From NCBI GenBank assembly GCA_013265495.1, contig MU058636.1, positions 7,394,295 through 7,458,294 of the forward strand: a stretch of 64,000 nt of DNA. Direction: 5' to 3'. Both the position numbers and the translations under genes were made by a program. The DNA is from Vicugna vicugna (lineage: Eukaryota). The notes beneath the pieces are model-generated. The model saw nothing but the letters and a program-made list of their open reading frames with translations, was not told where the DNA came from and ran no database searches. Below are positions 39,901 through 52,459 of the stretch, piece by piece. The stretch's first letter is position 1; the number at the start of each line of letters is the position of its first letter.

Positions 39901-40619
39901 CAAGTCCAGGTCACTTCAGGAACATTTTGTGAGCTTAAGACTGCCTGCGACATTCTAACCTCATGTAACAGGCTACTCATCTATCTGGAATGAAAGTTTT
40001 AGGAAGAGCTTACACGTAACACAGATAAAGCCTTTTTAAATGCCCAAAATGTGCCACATAAATCACTGAACATGTCCAATAAAAACCTAAATGACACCTC
40101 TCATTGTGAAAACTACATTTTAGCATTTCACTGGCTTGACTTTATTTTGGTTTAATTGCCACTGAGAAGTCCTAAGGCCACTGACAACAAACGGCCAAAC
40201 GCTTTCTTACCTATAACGAAATACAGACAATAATTTGGTTCCCAGACTCATACTTTTCTAGTCCACACTTCTTCCTCCTAAAAACCGCAACAGTTAACAG
40301 GTGACAGCCAACATCCAATTCTGCAATTCTGAAGCTCACAGCAGTCTGAGTCCACTTAGGGAACAACCCCCTCTAATGAGGGAAAATGTGCACAGCCTTG
40401 CTTTAGCCAGCCAAAGACATGCGATGAGCTCCTGACTGTCCACCCAGGCTCCGGTTTCTAAAAATGCAGAATTACAGCTTAACAGGTCAGAAACACCTGT
40501 TTCTGACAGGAAGAAGCCAGATTTCTTACCTCTCTTGCTTTCTCTAAAAGAAAACATTCAAGTCTAGGATCAAGGAGGAATAAAGGGTGAAATAACAATG
40601 ATTTACAGACAACTTTTGA

Positions 40620-41560
40620 GCATGTCTCACTTTACACTGGAAATTTACACCTGACAACCCACTGACATCTCAACGCTTAAAGGCCTTTCCACAAACTAAG
40701 TTTCCTTCCTGGCTTTCCTTCTCTTAGCGACACCACGACTGTCCCCATCTCAAAACGTCAGCATCTTCTTTCTTAACCAGTATGATCACAGGTCCAGTTT
40801 GCGTGGGATAGTTCCAGCTTATGCCTGTTTTCTCAGCATCCTGACCAGTGTTGTATTTGCCCTGGGAAAAACTCCTGATTGGACAATAAATCACATGATC
40901 ACTATTTTCATCTCCCCACCCCAGTCTGGTTGATTTTTTTCTTGGTGATAGTCGGTCATCTCCGTGCCCCCGTTTTTATGAACTGCACCGATAGAAGGCT
41001 GTGATCTCCAATCTCTAATCACTTACACACATGAATCTGCTGCTCTAAAACACTCAATGTCTTCATACTATTTAATGGAGAAAGTGCACATTCAGGCACT
41101 CAGGATCTTTCATGTTCTGGCCTTTATGCTGTTTTCTCCAACCTGGTTTCCAGCTACTTCTTAAATAACATGTGAGTCCAACAAAACTGCTCGCTCAGAT
41201 TTCACCTACCCCATGCACCTGCTTCTGTGATCCCTTTGCTCCGGCAGCTCCTGCTTTCTCTCAGCTAAGACTATTCTCTTTTTAAGATCCAGCTCAAGTC
41301 CCACTTCCTCCTTTAAGCTTTCTCTGCTGTTCTCTGCCTCCAGCCACCTCTCCTGCAGGACATCCCGGCTGCAGGGCATCCTTGGAGCCACTCATCCAGC
41401 ACCTCGCATAGCCCACCAGAAGTATTCTTCATCGTCTTCATGTCTCTATTCAGTCTCTCCAAGCTGACCTTAAGTTTACCCAGAGCAGGGACTTTATCTT
41501 AGAATTCTCTCTCTCCTCAACAGCCCCAAAATCTGCTCACAACAGGCAGGAGACAACATG
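40620..41560 (+). mobile_element. Degenerate L2 LINE 3' region
   Basis: ctgctctaaaacactcaatg, ttttaagatccagctcaagtcccacttcctcc, taagtttacccagagcagggact. Confidence 0.6.
40779..40905. mobile_element. Short hAT-Blackjack element (MER94-like) inside L2
   Basis: tgatcacaggtccagtttgcgtgggatagttccagcttatgcctg...ataaatcacatgatcact, with decayed inverted ends. Confidence 0.6.
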
Positions 41561-41589
41561 AAATACAGAGAAAGCAGGGCACCTGGGGA

Positions 41590-41810
41590 CTCATCAAGGT
41601 TTGTCTCAGGTGGCTCGCTCACTAACTGTGAAACCTCAGGAAAGGAGCGGAGCCTGCCGCCCTCGGTTTCTACGTCTGTACACTTGGGATGATGAAGACA
41701 ATGACAGTGATGGTGACGCTGCTGCTCAGGTGACACCAGTAACACTCAGCTTGTCTTTACTACCAGGTTGTTGTGAGGAGCAGATAAAGTGAATCTGTTA
41801 TAAATTTCAA
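41590..41810 (+). mobile_element. MIR SINE
   Basis: cactaactgtgaaacctcagg...cctcggtttctacgtctgta...ggttgttgtgaggagcagataa. Confidence 0.7.
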
Positions 41811-44246
41811 ATACATGAGGAATTCATCCACATTTTTTGGTAATGGTAGTAAGAATGAGATCTAGCCACAATCTAATCACAACTCCACATCACATGATGC
41901 TTCAGAGACACAGCCGGAGGACCTGAGCTGACTGCCCCGTGGGCAGGTATCGCAGGACTTGAAATCAGTTGCCTTCGCTGCATACTCACAAAAAAGGAGC
42001 CAAGGAATGTGTGAGTCTAAAGGTTACCAAATTTCATTTGCCCTTTGCAGCGCTGACAGACATCTAAGAGCTGACTGTGGCGTACGAAAGGCAGGAAGAA
42101 CCCAGGGGGTGGAGGTGGGGGTGGAGGTGGCAGAGGGACCAGCTAACTTGTCCAGTTCTTGCAGCATTTCAGACTACTTTCAAGTCCTTTTCTCTCATCT
42201 GCAAAACATCCTTTTGAGCTTCTGGAACCAGTACTATGAGCCCTTTGTAAAGAAGAAAGAGGAGGAAAATAGAAAGTCACCTCAAAAAACAACAACAAAA
42301 ACGAAGCCCTTTGGTGGGGGTAGATGGAGGGCACGGTGATTTTAGAATAAAGCACATCTTCCAATTTCATCTCCATGCTTGACTGAGATATTTCAGCTAC
42401 AGAGCTGTTCTGGAACTTTCCATGAGTAGAAACCTATGCACTGATAGATGTTTGTGGCAGGAGTCAGGCGAATTAGTCACATGAAACACAAGCGTGAAGG
42501 CAGGGAAGTGGGTCTTCTGAAGTTACTTTTCTCTCCCAGCTTCCCACACGGCAGAATCGTCAGTCACATTAGAGCCCACAAGAAAAATCTTGAAAGAATA
42601 ATACTTGACTGACCTCGAGCCACATACTGTTAACTAATAAAACACCCTCATGTCAGCTCGCAAGGATACAGACTCTCAGGTAATACAAGGTACCAATTTT
42701 GCAAGACAGCTTTCCCCCTGGTAATTATACTAAAAATAAAAGAAGGCAGCCAACTGGTGAAGTTGTCTGTTCCTTTAGGAGAGAAAAAGGATTTTGTGTT
42801 TCTTCAAGCTTCATTATCAATGATTGGCTTAGAATGAATAAAAGGCTTCCAGGAGCTTCTGCCCAAGTCCAGGCTTGACAAATGTGGCGTGATGTTGGCA
42901 GAGCTCAGGCTCTGATTCAGTCCTCAGATGCCTAGCACTGCATGTGAACTTCTGAACCTGACCTGAAGCTATCGTGGGCTTTAACATTTTCAAGCAGTTG
43001 CATCAATATGCATTCAGCCTGTGATGGCATTACTACCTCACCCACTGCCCAAATACGACCAAGCATTTAAAGGCAACTAACACAGATCGGCAATGAAAGA
43101 CAAAGATGAGGATGGCAGTAAGAAACTGCCACTCTTTAAGATCCATTCAAAAGCATACAGGTTCTAACTGGAGCACATTCAATTTGAAAAGATAAACATG
43201 CCGCAAATTCAGAAAGCTATGAAGAGCAATTTGTGAATTTTTATCAAATAGCATATGCTGTAAGCAACTGTTTTCCAAAAGTGTTCTCAGAGGTAACTGG
43301 ACAGTAGTAATAGGGCTTCTTCCTTAAACCTCTGCCCCAAAAGAGTAAGATCAAGAAAACAGAGCTTCTACATTCAATTATGACTATAAGGATTGTCTTT
43401 TTTCACATCAAATTGCCAATATGCCCTCATTTTTTCCCAATACCATACTGGAAAGATAAAATCCATGTGTCTGTGTCTAAAAGGATTCAGTGGGGCAATT
43501 AATGTTTGAGTGAACTAAGTTCGTTTTATTACTAAATCTAATGCTATTCATTTTTAATGTCCTGGTTAATAAGGGGCAATCTTTTTAATGAGATAGACAC
43601 ACACCAAAATATAAAAAGATACAGGAAAAGAATTCAGAAAATGAAGAGGAGGAAACCAGTCCTGGTAATTTTATTAGCAAAACCAGAACGAATAAGAACA
43701 TTTTAAGTTTTACCTAAATGTTCCTTTGTCTTCCTTTATTTTTACTGAGATCAATTCAAACATCCAGGAACAGCCTGGAAGGCTCCTCAAGTTCATCAGT
43801 GATTAACAGGGGATTATACAGAATGAAAATTTTTCCTCTTCCTAAATCATTAGACAATATACTGGCTTTTCTGGCTAAATCCCAGGTGGGCAAATAATAG
43901 AAGAAGATTGCTTATTCTTAGTGGCAGGTTATGATAGACAACCTGAAAGAATACAAATTAACTCAGGTATACGAGCTCATACATATTTTCCATGAATCTT
44001 TGCTTCCTCATTGGTATTACAAATGCAAACCTAGAAGAAATGTTTCAAACACGAGCACCCAGATGAGAATAGTTTGCCTAAAATATCTTCCAAGTTAGAC
44101 TTTTCATAAGGCTAACAGTACTTTTGATCTACTTTAATTTTAAATAAAGTCATGAAGAAACAGATAAAGACTTCCCTTCTTTAGAACTCACTCCATTGTG
44201 CCAGTATTGCAAATAGTACCATGTACCCTGCCGTCCAACCCTACTT

Positions 44247-44658
44247 GTGATGGTTCATTTTCTGAGACAACTAGGCTGGGCCATGGTGTCCAGATAAGTG
44301 ATCAAACACTATTCTGGATGTTTCTGTAAGAGTGTTTTTGGATGAGAGTAACATTTAAATCAGTACCTCAGAGTAATTCAGATTGCCCTCCACCACAAAG
44401 GTGGGCCTCATCCAATCAGTTGAAGGCCTGAATAAAACAAAAGACTGACTTTACTGAGCAAGAGAGAATTCTACAGGCAGAGGGTCTTTAGACTTGAACT
44501 GCAGCACTGGCTCTTCCCTGGGCTTCCAACCTGCTGGTTCATCATGATGTTAAGCTTACAGCTTTCATAATCACAGGAGCCAATTCCTTAAAATAAATCT
44601 GTTTCTCTACATACACCCATCCTATTGGTTCTGTTTCTCTGGGGAACCTTGAGTAACA
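44247..44658 (+). mobile_element. ERVL solo LTR (MLT2B-like)
   Basis: tgtgatggttcatttt...gggcctcatccaatcagttgaaggcctgaata...cctattggttctgtttctctggggaaccttgagtaaca. Confidence 0.9.
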
Positions 44659-46199
44659 TGCTGATTCTCTGAAGGGTTGCTATCTACTTTGCCTCATCCT
44701 CTGCACACATCTTGCTTTCATCTACATGGACAGCAGAATTTCATTTTTGTACATTTAATATTGAGAGTAGGCATTTAATCTCTTGGCCACAAAGTTATAT
44801 AGGTATTTACTTTGAGCAGTTTTTTTTTTAAACACTGATTCCTGTGCTATATATTTTGCATGCATTTAAGTCCTTTAAAGCCTCATAACCACTTTCCTGC
44901 ATTTGCACAAGGGAGAATGGTCTCCTCTTCACTAGACAAGGAGTTTAGTGAAGCTTTGAGTAAAGGTGGGAATAGAAAAAGCCAGTCAGTTTCTAGAGTG
45001 GCTTCTCTCTCCTGGGGCTTTTAAATTTAAAATATGTGATTTAAATTAATTCCAAGATCAGACTCACCCATATACAAATGCAAAGCCAAGGATAGTCCAT
45101 TTTCAATGACCTCATTATCCTCTCCACTGAATATGAGCACATATTGTCTGGATCAAGTTCTTTTCAATGATGAGGAAATATGAGATATATTACTGATGAA
45201 GACAGGCCTCAATCCAACCAAAACCTAGACAGATATGACCACCTCTAATCTCTTCTCTCATCTCCCATTTTAAAGGCGAGGCAGGGGGAAGGTGGAGAAA
45301 CATGGTAGAGCAGAATGTTGGAAACTTGCTTTGGAAGCAAAGGACATTTTCACTGTCCTGGTTTTTTCCAGTGTGAATGGAACACACATGGCTCTAATTT
45401 CAAGGGCTGATTTCATTCTGACAAAAGAAAACAGTTCAGCAGCCAATCACATGTTTACATCTATCAGTAGTTTTTAATACCAAAGGTCATGAGGCGCTAC
45501 TGGCCTGATTAGGTTCTTTGACTAGGTTGAAAATGACTGATCTGGAGTAAAAACAACCTTTCTCATCCAGAAAGTTCCAAGTAAGGTTATAAGTCAGGAG
45601 GCAAAACAAACCAACCGAAAAATAAAACTGGCTTCTCATGGACTGATTACTCCAAATTATTTCCTTCCATTGTACAGAAATGCCTCAACGAATCGAATGT
45701 CCAGGCTCAAGGTGTTCTGGTTAGTTTGGTGCAGTGGTGTGAAGTTTAGCATTTCTGCCTCAAGAGTTTTATTACTGAAAATGTACCTAAAATAAAACCA
45801 GTCTATTTTCCTGTGAAGGACAATCAACAGTTTCTTTCATTTCAATCACTGTTTCAGACCAACGTTCTGATGGCATCACTCAAAAAATTCTTCTTTTGAC
45901 ACTATCCTCTCACCTTTAACTTCCTCAGCGACTTTAGTTACTGACCCTCTTTTTGATATTTTTGTATCCATTCACGCTTAAAATATAAGTAAAATAAAAG
46001 TTAAATAAAATTCAAAATTGTATGAAATTGTAGGAGTCTTAGAAGAGTCAGCTAAAAATGTCCTTAAGATAAAGTAGGAAAATATGAAACAATAAACTCC
46101 TACCATCATAAAATACTAAAAACTCTGATAAACAATCATTCAAGTCAAAGTGCTCTTGAATAGACTGTTGATAACATCTTTTTAAACGGAGCTTTAGTT

Positions 46200-47475
46200 A
46201 GTAGCCAGCCCTTCTCTCCACTTTTGGCTTGACATGAGGGCAGGCCAGCACCACCCCCCACGTGGACAGCTCTTCTATCTCCACCCGCCTCAACTCTATC
46301 ACCTTCCTTTCACTCCACTTCAACCACTCAGAATCACCATTCTCCTTAGATACCAAACTCTGGGATCCTCTCTGACCACAGGCTTCCATATTTCCATCCT
46401 TCCTCTCCCTTCAGTCCTGCCCACTGGTCCTTCATCCTTCTCATGGCTTCATCATGGCTTCTTCTGTCTGGCCCAGAGACTGGCCATTCCAATCACATTT
46501 TCCACAGCAACCAGAGACTCCCTCATCTACTGCACCTTTTTTCTTAACCTCTAGCTCTAGGTAAATGCCATCATCTTGGATTTTTGGATTGAAAATTTTT
46601 TACTGGAAGAAGCCAAAACTGGATGTGCTCTTTCTCTCTCTTGCACATCTGGGAACCAAAAACTGCATCTCAGCTGGGCCCCCATGGGCTTCATCCCTGG
46701 ATGACAGCAAATCACTTTTCAGCAGCTATTACCTGCTTACAACATCACTGTCAATATTCAGCCTAATCTTCACAAACTTGCCTTCCCTCTCCCTAGAATT
46801 TCCTGGATTTGTTATTTATTTCCTGGAATCACCCTTCTCCTTCCTTCCGATTTTGGGAAATGACCCATCCTTCACCTTCCCAACGTGAAAGCCTCAATCT
46901 GTGTCCTCGATGTCCCTTCGTCTGCTCACCAGGAGTCCCCTTTTCTTTTCTCTCTCTACCTCTTTGGACCCATTTACATCTCATCTCAGAAAAGAACTCT
47001 CCCTTCAAACTGCCTTCCCCTCAAGCTCCCTTCCATTTCACCATGAAACCTTTAGAGCACACAGTCCATTCCACACGTCCATGTCTTACCTCTCAACCTC
47101 TGAAAAGCTGGCTTCCTTCTGCATCACTTTTCTGCACCCTCATCAGCTGATGAATTGGGGCTGAACCCAGTTCCCCATCATGTGACAAAATAAAGGCTCT
47201 CAAGGCTTCTATCAGCACCTCTGGTGCCTGCAAGGGATCGAGTCTGCTCACCGACCATTGTGTGATAATCAGAGATTTTACTGATAATCTGAGGGTCAAG
47301 GAAGGGGTATCTTACTCACTCTACCCTCCTCCTCTCTTCTCTTCCTTGATCTTCCTTGGACAACTGTAAAAATTTCTCCCCTCCCTCTTTATCTCCTTTA
47401 GGCTATCATTTCCCTCCCAACAGAAACCAGCCACGCACATCATACACACTGAATAAATATCTGCTGAACTAAAGT
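46200..47475 (+). mobile_element. Old L2-like pyrimidine-rich LINE remnant
   Basis: CT-rich sequence with L2-style phrases, ending in ctgaataaatatctgctgaact. Confidence 0.45.
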
Positions 47476-49397
47476 GACAACAGGTACATTTTTAGTATGT
47501 GGATGGAGCATCCTGTGGGGCTTACATCACATTATGAGCATTAAAAATGACAACAGAATAGTACTGCCGAGGGTATAAAAAATTCAATGTGTTCCATCAC
47601 GACTCATTGATCGTACAGTGGGAGGCTCCTCTCCTGCATTCAGCCATACAGAACAGGGCCGGAACGAATGAATGAACGACACACAATCAAACTAGCTTCA
47701 TAAGAAAATCTCTCACAGGGATTTTTAAAAAATCATTACTATTTTTATTAAAGGTTCAGTGCCCAAATTGAGAGATTAAATTTTTGCATAAGATACTTGC
47801 ATTGTGGTTATGCTTTAAGAGAAAACGCACCCGTATCTTTCACGGACACGCTATGAAAGATTTCCAGATGGAATGAAAATGTGGAGTGCAGGAAGAGCTG
47901 CAGTAAATGAAGCCGCAATTACTAAAGGTTTTACTACTAAGACGTACTGAACATTTACTACTTTCTAGGCAGTGAATCTAAAATACACGGGAACAAGGTC
48001 AGTTGGCATTTTAATGGTGATGAAGGATTCTGATGGATTTCCAGGTCTGATTTTTAAATCCCCCGATAAATCTCTGCTACCAACGTTAGACTTTGGGGAC
48101 ACCACAGTGGCTGAGCGTGACGGGGCCTGGTGGCCACAGCTGTGACCAGGTCACCACAGCTGTGGGGAGCCGCACCTGGACTCACAGGTCTCCTGAATGT
48201 CACCCACGCTGTTTCTTGAGGGGGTGGTGGCACTGGTGGCCTCAGCCCTTTGCCCTTTTATTTTTTTTTTTTTTGTTTTCTCCCTTCAAGGACATTTTGA
48301 AATAGAAAAATACTGCCCTTCAGCACGAAACTGCCTGCCTTCCACATGAGCGAGCCCGGCCTCCCGCCCGCCGCCAGGGAGGCAGAACCTTTATCCCGAG
48401 GACTTTGACTTCCACTCCTCCTGGCATTGCTTCTCTCATCATCAACAGAGAGCCATTATGAGGCTGGAGTGTAAAAACAGTACCGTGAAAATCAACTAAA
48501 TTGCTTCCTCCTTGTGAGGGATACCCGATGTGTCAGGACGCCCGAGGACCAAACTCTTCTGTGAGGAAAATGGTCAAAGGGGACCTGGGACCTCCAGGCA
48601 GCGAATCCTAGACTGTGGTTTACAGAACTACTGACTTTTCTATAAAAATAACAGTCATTGCTGAAATCTCCCAATCTACCTCCAAATGTATTAAACTCCA
48701 GGGAGCAAAGCTTTGGGGTCTGGGACAGTGATGCTGGGAGGAGCGGAGAATCACTTGAGGTGGCTGCCAAAGGAAGGAAACTAGGGAACTGCTAGCCTCA
48801 AGTTGACTAAGGTCTGTCCCCACTTCACTCCTAACCTTGACTACCATCCCTCCTAGTCTAGGGATCTGGGCACAGCTCTTCCATTTAATCCTCAAGGCGA
48901 ACCTTGAATCACACACACTCCAAGCAGCAGTATTAAGGACTCCACCCCTCCCCACCTCAGGGGTGACACCTTCCTCCTAGACCCTCCTTAGGCACTGACT
49001 CTCTAATGTCTCTTCTTTTTGCCTGCGAGTCCTAAAATAACCGAAGGGCAGAAATAAAGTCAGCTCTCTTTGGATCCCAAGCTCCAGGCATAGACTCCTG
49101 GCACATCCCAGTTGACAGTGGTCCTAGGGGCAGGGATGAAGGAATCCAGGCTCCCAGTCTGGCTTGATCTGACCGAGCTGGACGGTGGCAGCTACCAGCA
49201 CTGCAGCACTGCAGGCTCCATAACCTGACAGCTCTTGCGAATTATCGTTTGCAAAGCTGCATTAAGACAAGGATGCCCTATTTCGATATCTAAAAAGAAC
49301 TCATCTTTAAATATCACTATATAAATTAACATTATACTCCATTTATATACCATTATATAACATTACTGAAATTATTAGAAGTAACCTAACTTAAAAA

Positions 49398-49772
49398 TTT
49401 TTTTATCTTTTTTTAAATTGAAGTATAGTCAGTTTAAGTATAGTGTTTTATCACTTTTTGGGAGGGACTGGGCATAGCTCAGCGGAAGAGCCCATGCTTA
49501 GCATGCGCTAGGTCCTGGGTTCAGTTCCCAGTACCTCCATTTAAAAAACAAAAACAAACAAACAAACAAACAAAACAATGTTTTATCACTTTCTGACACA
49601 CAGCATGTTTCAGTATACACAGACACATATATATCCCTTTTCATACTCTTCCTCATTGTAGGTTACTGCAAGACATTGAATATAGTTCCCTGGGCTATAT
49701 ACTTACGGCCAATCAATCTTCGACAAAGGAAACTATAATATATAATGGAGAAAAGACAGTCTCTTCAGCAAA
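49398..49772 (-). mobile_element. LINE-1 3' end with inverted ORF2 piece, interrupted by a SINE
   Basis: Poly(T), aaattgaagtatagtc...cattgaatatagttccctgggctata (3' UTR, minus); then plus-strand TYGQSIFDKGNYNI*WRKDSLFSK (ORF2) at 49701-49772. Confidence 0.85.
49460..49578 (+). mobile_element. tRNA-derived Vic-1-like SINE with (CAAA)n tail
   Basis: gggcatagctcagcggaagagcccatgcttagcatgcgctaggtcctgggttcagttcccagtacctcc; TSD tgttttatcacttt at 49444-49457 and 49579-49592. Confidence 0.9.
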
Positions 49773-50214
49773 GTCTTTAAAAGGCCATCTGAAATATGTT
49801 ACTGAGGAATTCAGACATCATAAATAAAATGAAGCCATCTAGAAAAATCACATCATGTTAGCCAAATTACGTCTTTCACAGAAAACAACCAAAACAAAAC
49901 AAAAAACCCTGAATACTTTTTCCTACATATAAATGCAAGGATCATCTATTATTTGATTTATTACAGCAGTGAGCACACAGCTGACATTCAATACACGTTA
50001 GTTAACTGAATGACTGAATATGAATTTTGTTCACATAACCTTTATTTTCAATATGTTAAGTATGTATCCTACACATTGCTATGAAAGTTTAAATATACCT
50101 AAGTGATGCTTTAGTAGCAGAACAAAACACAATGCAGAAAGAAACAACCAATAGCAAAGAACAATGCTACCTTTTTGAACAGATAATAATTCTTCCAGCA
50201 TCATCAAAGCGACA

Positions 50215-50370
50215 GAGTTTAGTGGAAAGAATTAGCTGTCATAGGAATCAGGAGATCAGATTCTAGTACATTCTTGGTTTATGTGATCTTGTGCTGGTCA
50301 TTTCACCCCAGGCATCAGTTTCCTCATCAGGTCCTCTCCCCTTCTCTGACATCCTAAGATTGTATGGCTT
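50215..50370 (+). mobile_element. MIR/MIR3 SINE
   Basis: agtggaaagaa...ggaatcaggagatcagattctagt...tgtgatcttgtgc...catcagtttcctcatc. Confidence 0.7.
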
Positions 50371-51455
50371 CTCTAGCAAACACCCCTTGTTTGCTAGAAG
50401 ACATCTCATTGACTTTGGGTTTTAAATGGAAAAGACGTGTGGCATGAAATATGCTGTGTGCTCTACAAATGCCTAAGTTATGAGGCACAGGACTGTTTTA
50501 AGAAAAGCAAGATAAAAAAATATAAGACTCATCACCCTGGAGGATCTCAAAACAAAGCTCTCCTTTTAGTTTGTTTTCATTTGGTGGGAAAAAATGTTTT
50601 TTTCCTTTTTCTTGGAAGATGAAAGGTCAGAACTCATGGTCTGGATCTTACTGAATTCCTCCTAATTAACTGGGAAAGAAAGCACATCATTGTACAAATC
50701 AAGCTAATTGGAAGCTTTGCTTGGTTTCTTTTCATTATCGGCTAGATGAAGCTTGGATGCACGCTTGACTTTTTGTTGTGTACAAAGAACCAGTTTAGCT
50801 TTTGATTATCTACCTTATCCCCTTTTTGAAAGAAGTATGATGAGGTTGGAGGGGAAAAAAGATCTCTTTTAAGACAACAGCTGAACTCACAAGGCTGAGT
50901 GTAACGTGTGGAAAGAAATATCCAATTTTCATTCTTGGCAATGACCAGCTCAAGGCTTAGTTTAGGCAAGAACCAAAATATACAAGCATAGGCTTTTTGG
51001 GCTTTTCAAGATCTGTCCTTTCTTTAGAAAGTGAGATGACAAATACATATTCAAAACAAGTACAATATAGTTGATTAAATGTACTGACAACTTTTAAAGT
51101 TTTTAAATAGTTTTGAATTTCAGTTTGGTACCATCCTATTTAAGTTAAAGAATTTCTTTAGTAAAACCTAGAAAAAAATTTGCTAGATAACACATATTAG
51201 AATAAAATGAGTTTGAAACAGTCTAAAATAATCCATTCAGCTAAACTTATTCTTCAGACTACCAACACATTCTTTTAAAGAGACTGCAAATTATTTTTTT
51301 TGATTTGAAGTTATTGAAATGCCAATGTTATATTAAATTTTTTTCTTCTAATGAAGCATTTTAAGCAATAAACAAATATGGAAATTTTGAGTGTAGTTTC
51401 TATTGGGGCACACAAGGAAAATTAAACTTCACTGGAAGATCAAAAATTACAAAAA

Positions 51456-51745
51456 TATCTGCTAATCCTAAACTCCTATATTACCCACCCCTTCCTCTTT
51501 GGTCACTCTAAGTTTGTTTCCTATGTCTGTCAGTCTGTTTCTGTTTTGCAAGTAAGTTCATTTGTGTCATTTTTTAAGATTTCACATACAAGTAATATCA
51601 TGTGGTATCTCTGTCTGACTTAGTTCATTTAGTATGTGAAAAACAATATATACGTGTGTAACTGAATCACTATGCTGTATACCAGAAACTAACACTATGT
51701 GGTAAGTCAACTATACTTCGATTAAAAATGAGAATTAAAAAATAA
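51456..51745 (+). mobile_element. Short LINE-1 3' UTR insertion with 5' inversion
   Basis: 51456-51637 is antisense 3' UTR (tatctgctaatcctaaactcc...ctgtttctgttttgcaagtaagttcatttgtgtc); 51638-51745 is the sense 3' tip (taactgaatcactatgctgtataccagaaac...tcaactatacttc). Both halves match the copy at 15078. Confidence 0.85.
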
Positions 51746-51790
51746 ACACTGAGGTCAGTAGAAAAATGTCCTATTTTGGCTCATGTGCAA

Positions 51791-51834
51791 ATGTGCGTGT
51801 GTGTACATGCGTGTGTGTGCGCGCACATACGTGT
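51791..51834. repeat. 44-bp uninterrupted purine-pyrimidine alternation
   Basis: atgtgcgtgtgtgtacatgcgtgtgtgtgcgcgcacatacgtgt read directly. Confidence 0.85.
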
Positions 51835-52459
51835 TCCTCCAGGATTGCTGCTCCTTTGAACAATCCACCATCCTTGTAGTAACTAACTACATGATTTCAT
51901 TATCTATTGTTTTAAATCCTGTGAAAAACTAACTGAATAAACTATAAGTTCCACAGTTCTTAAGAAATCAAAAAAGGAATAGTTCCAACTCTAAGGAAAG
52001 CTTTATCTGCATCCTGAGGACTAGCGGAAGCTTCATCAGGACAGATCCCTGCTCTGGGCTCTTGCTCCTTCACCCTGTCCTCACCACATGACCAGACCAG
52101 GTGGGTGTGGTCCAGGGAGCCCCCGCAGGCTAGCACTGTGTTCTCAGCTATCTGCCCAGATTGTCTAAACAATCTCTCACCTGACATTGGAAACCAGCTG
52201 TATAAACTATTGAATAAACATTCTGATGCCAAACTGATTTCAATCAATCCCATGTGACTTTGGTGACTATGAGATCAGTTTTCCAGGCTCTGAATGTTCC
52301 CAGAGCTAAACCTTGGAGACCAGGGAGGAGAAACTGACCTTGAAGTCTTTTATTCTGCCACAGACAGCCATGAAGAAAGGACCCCAGGGCTAGGAAGGGG
52401 GTGATGATTCTATTTATGTGTGCGTATATATATTTGCCACCCCCCAATTATTAAGGGTT

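Noticed and set aside
48360..48390. CTCF site in ccgccagggaggcag
   Set aside because: Spacing does not fit the core; several key positions mismatch.
49460..49540. Possible tRNA gene (also 3340-3411)
   Set aside because: A-rich tails, a TSD at this copy and no clean cloverleaf indicate SINEs.
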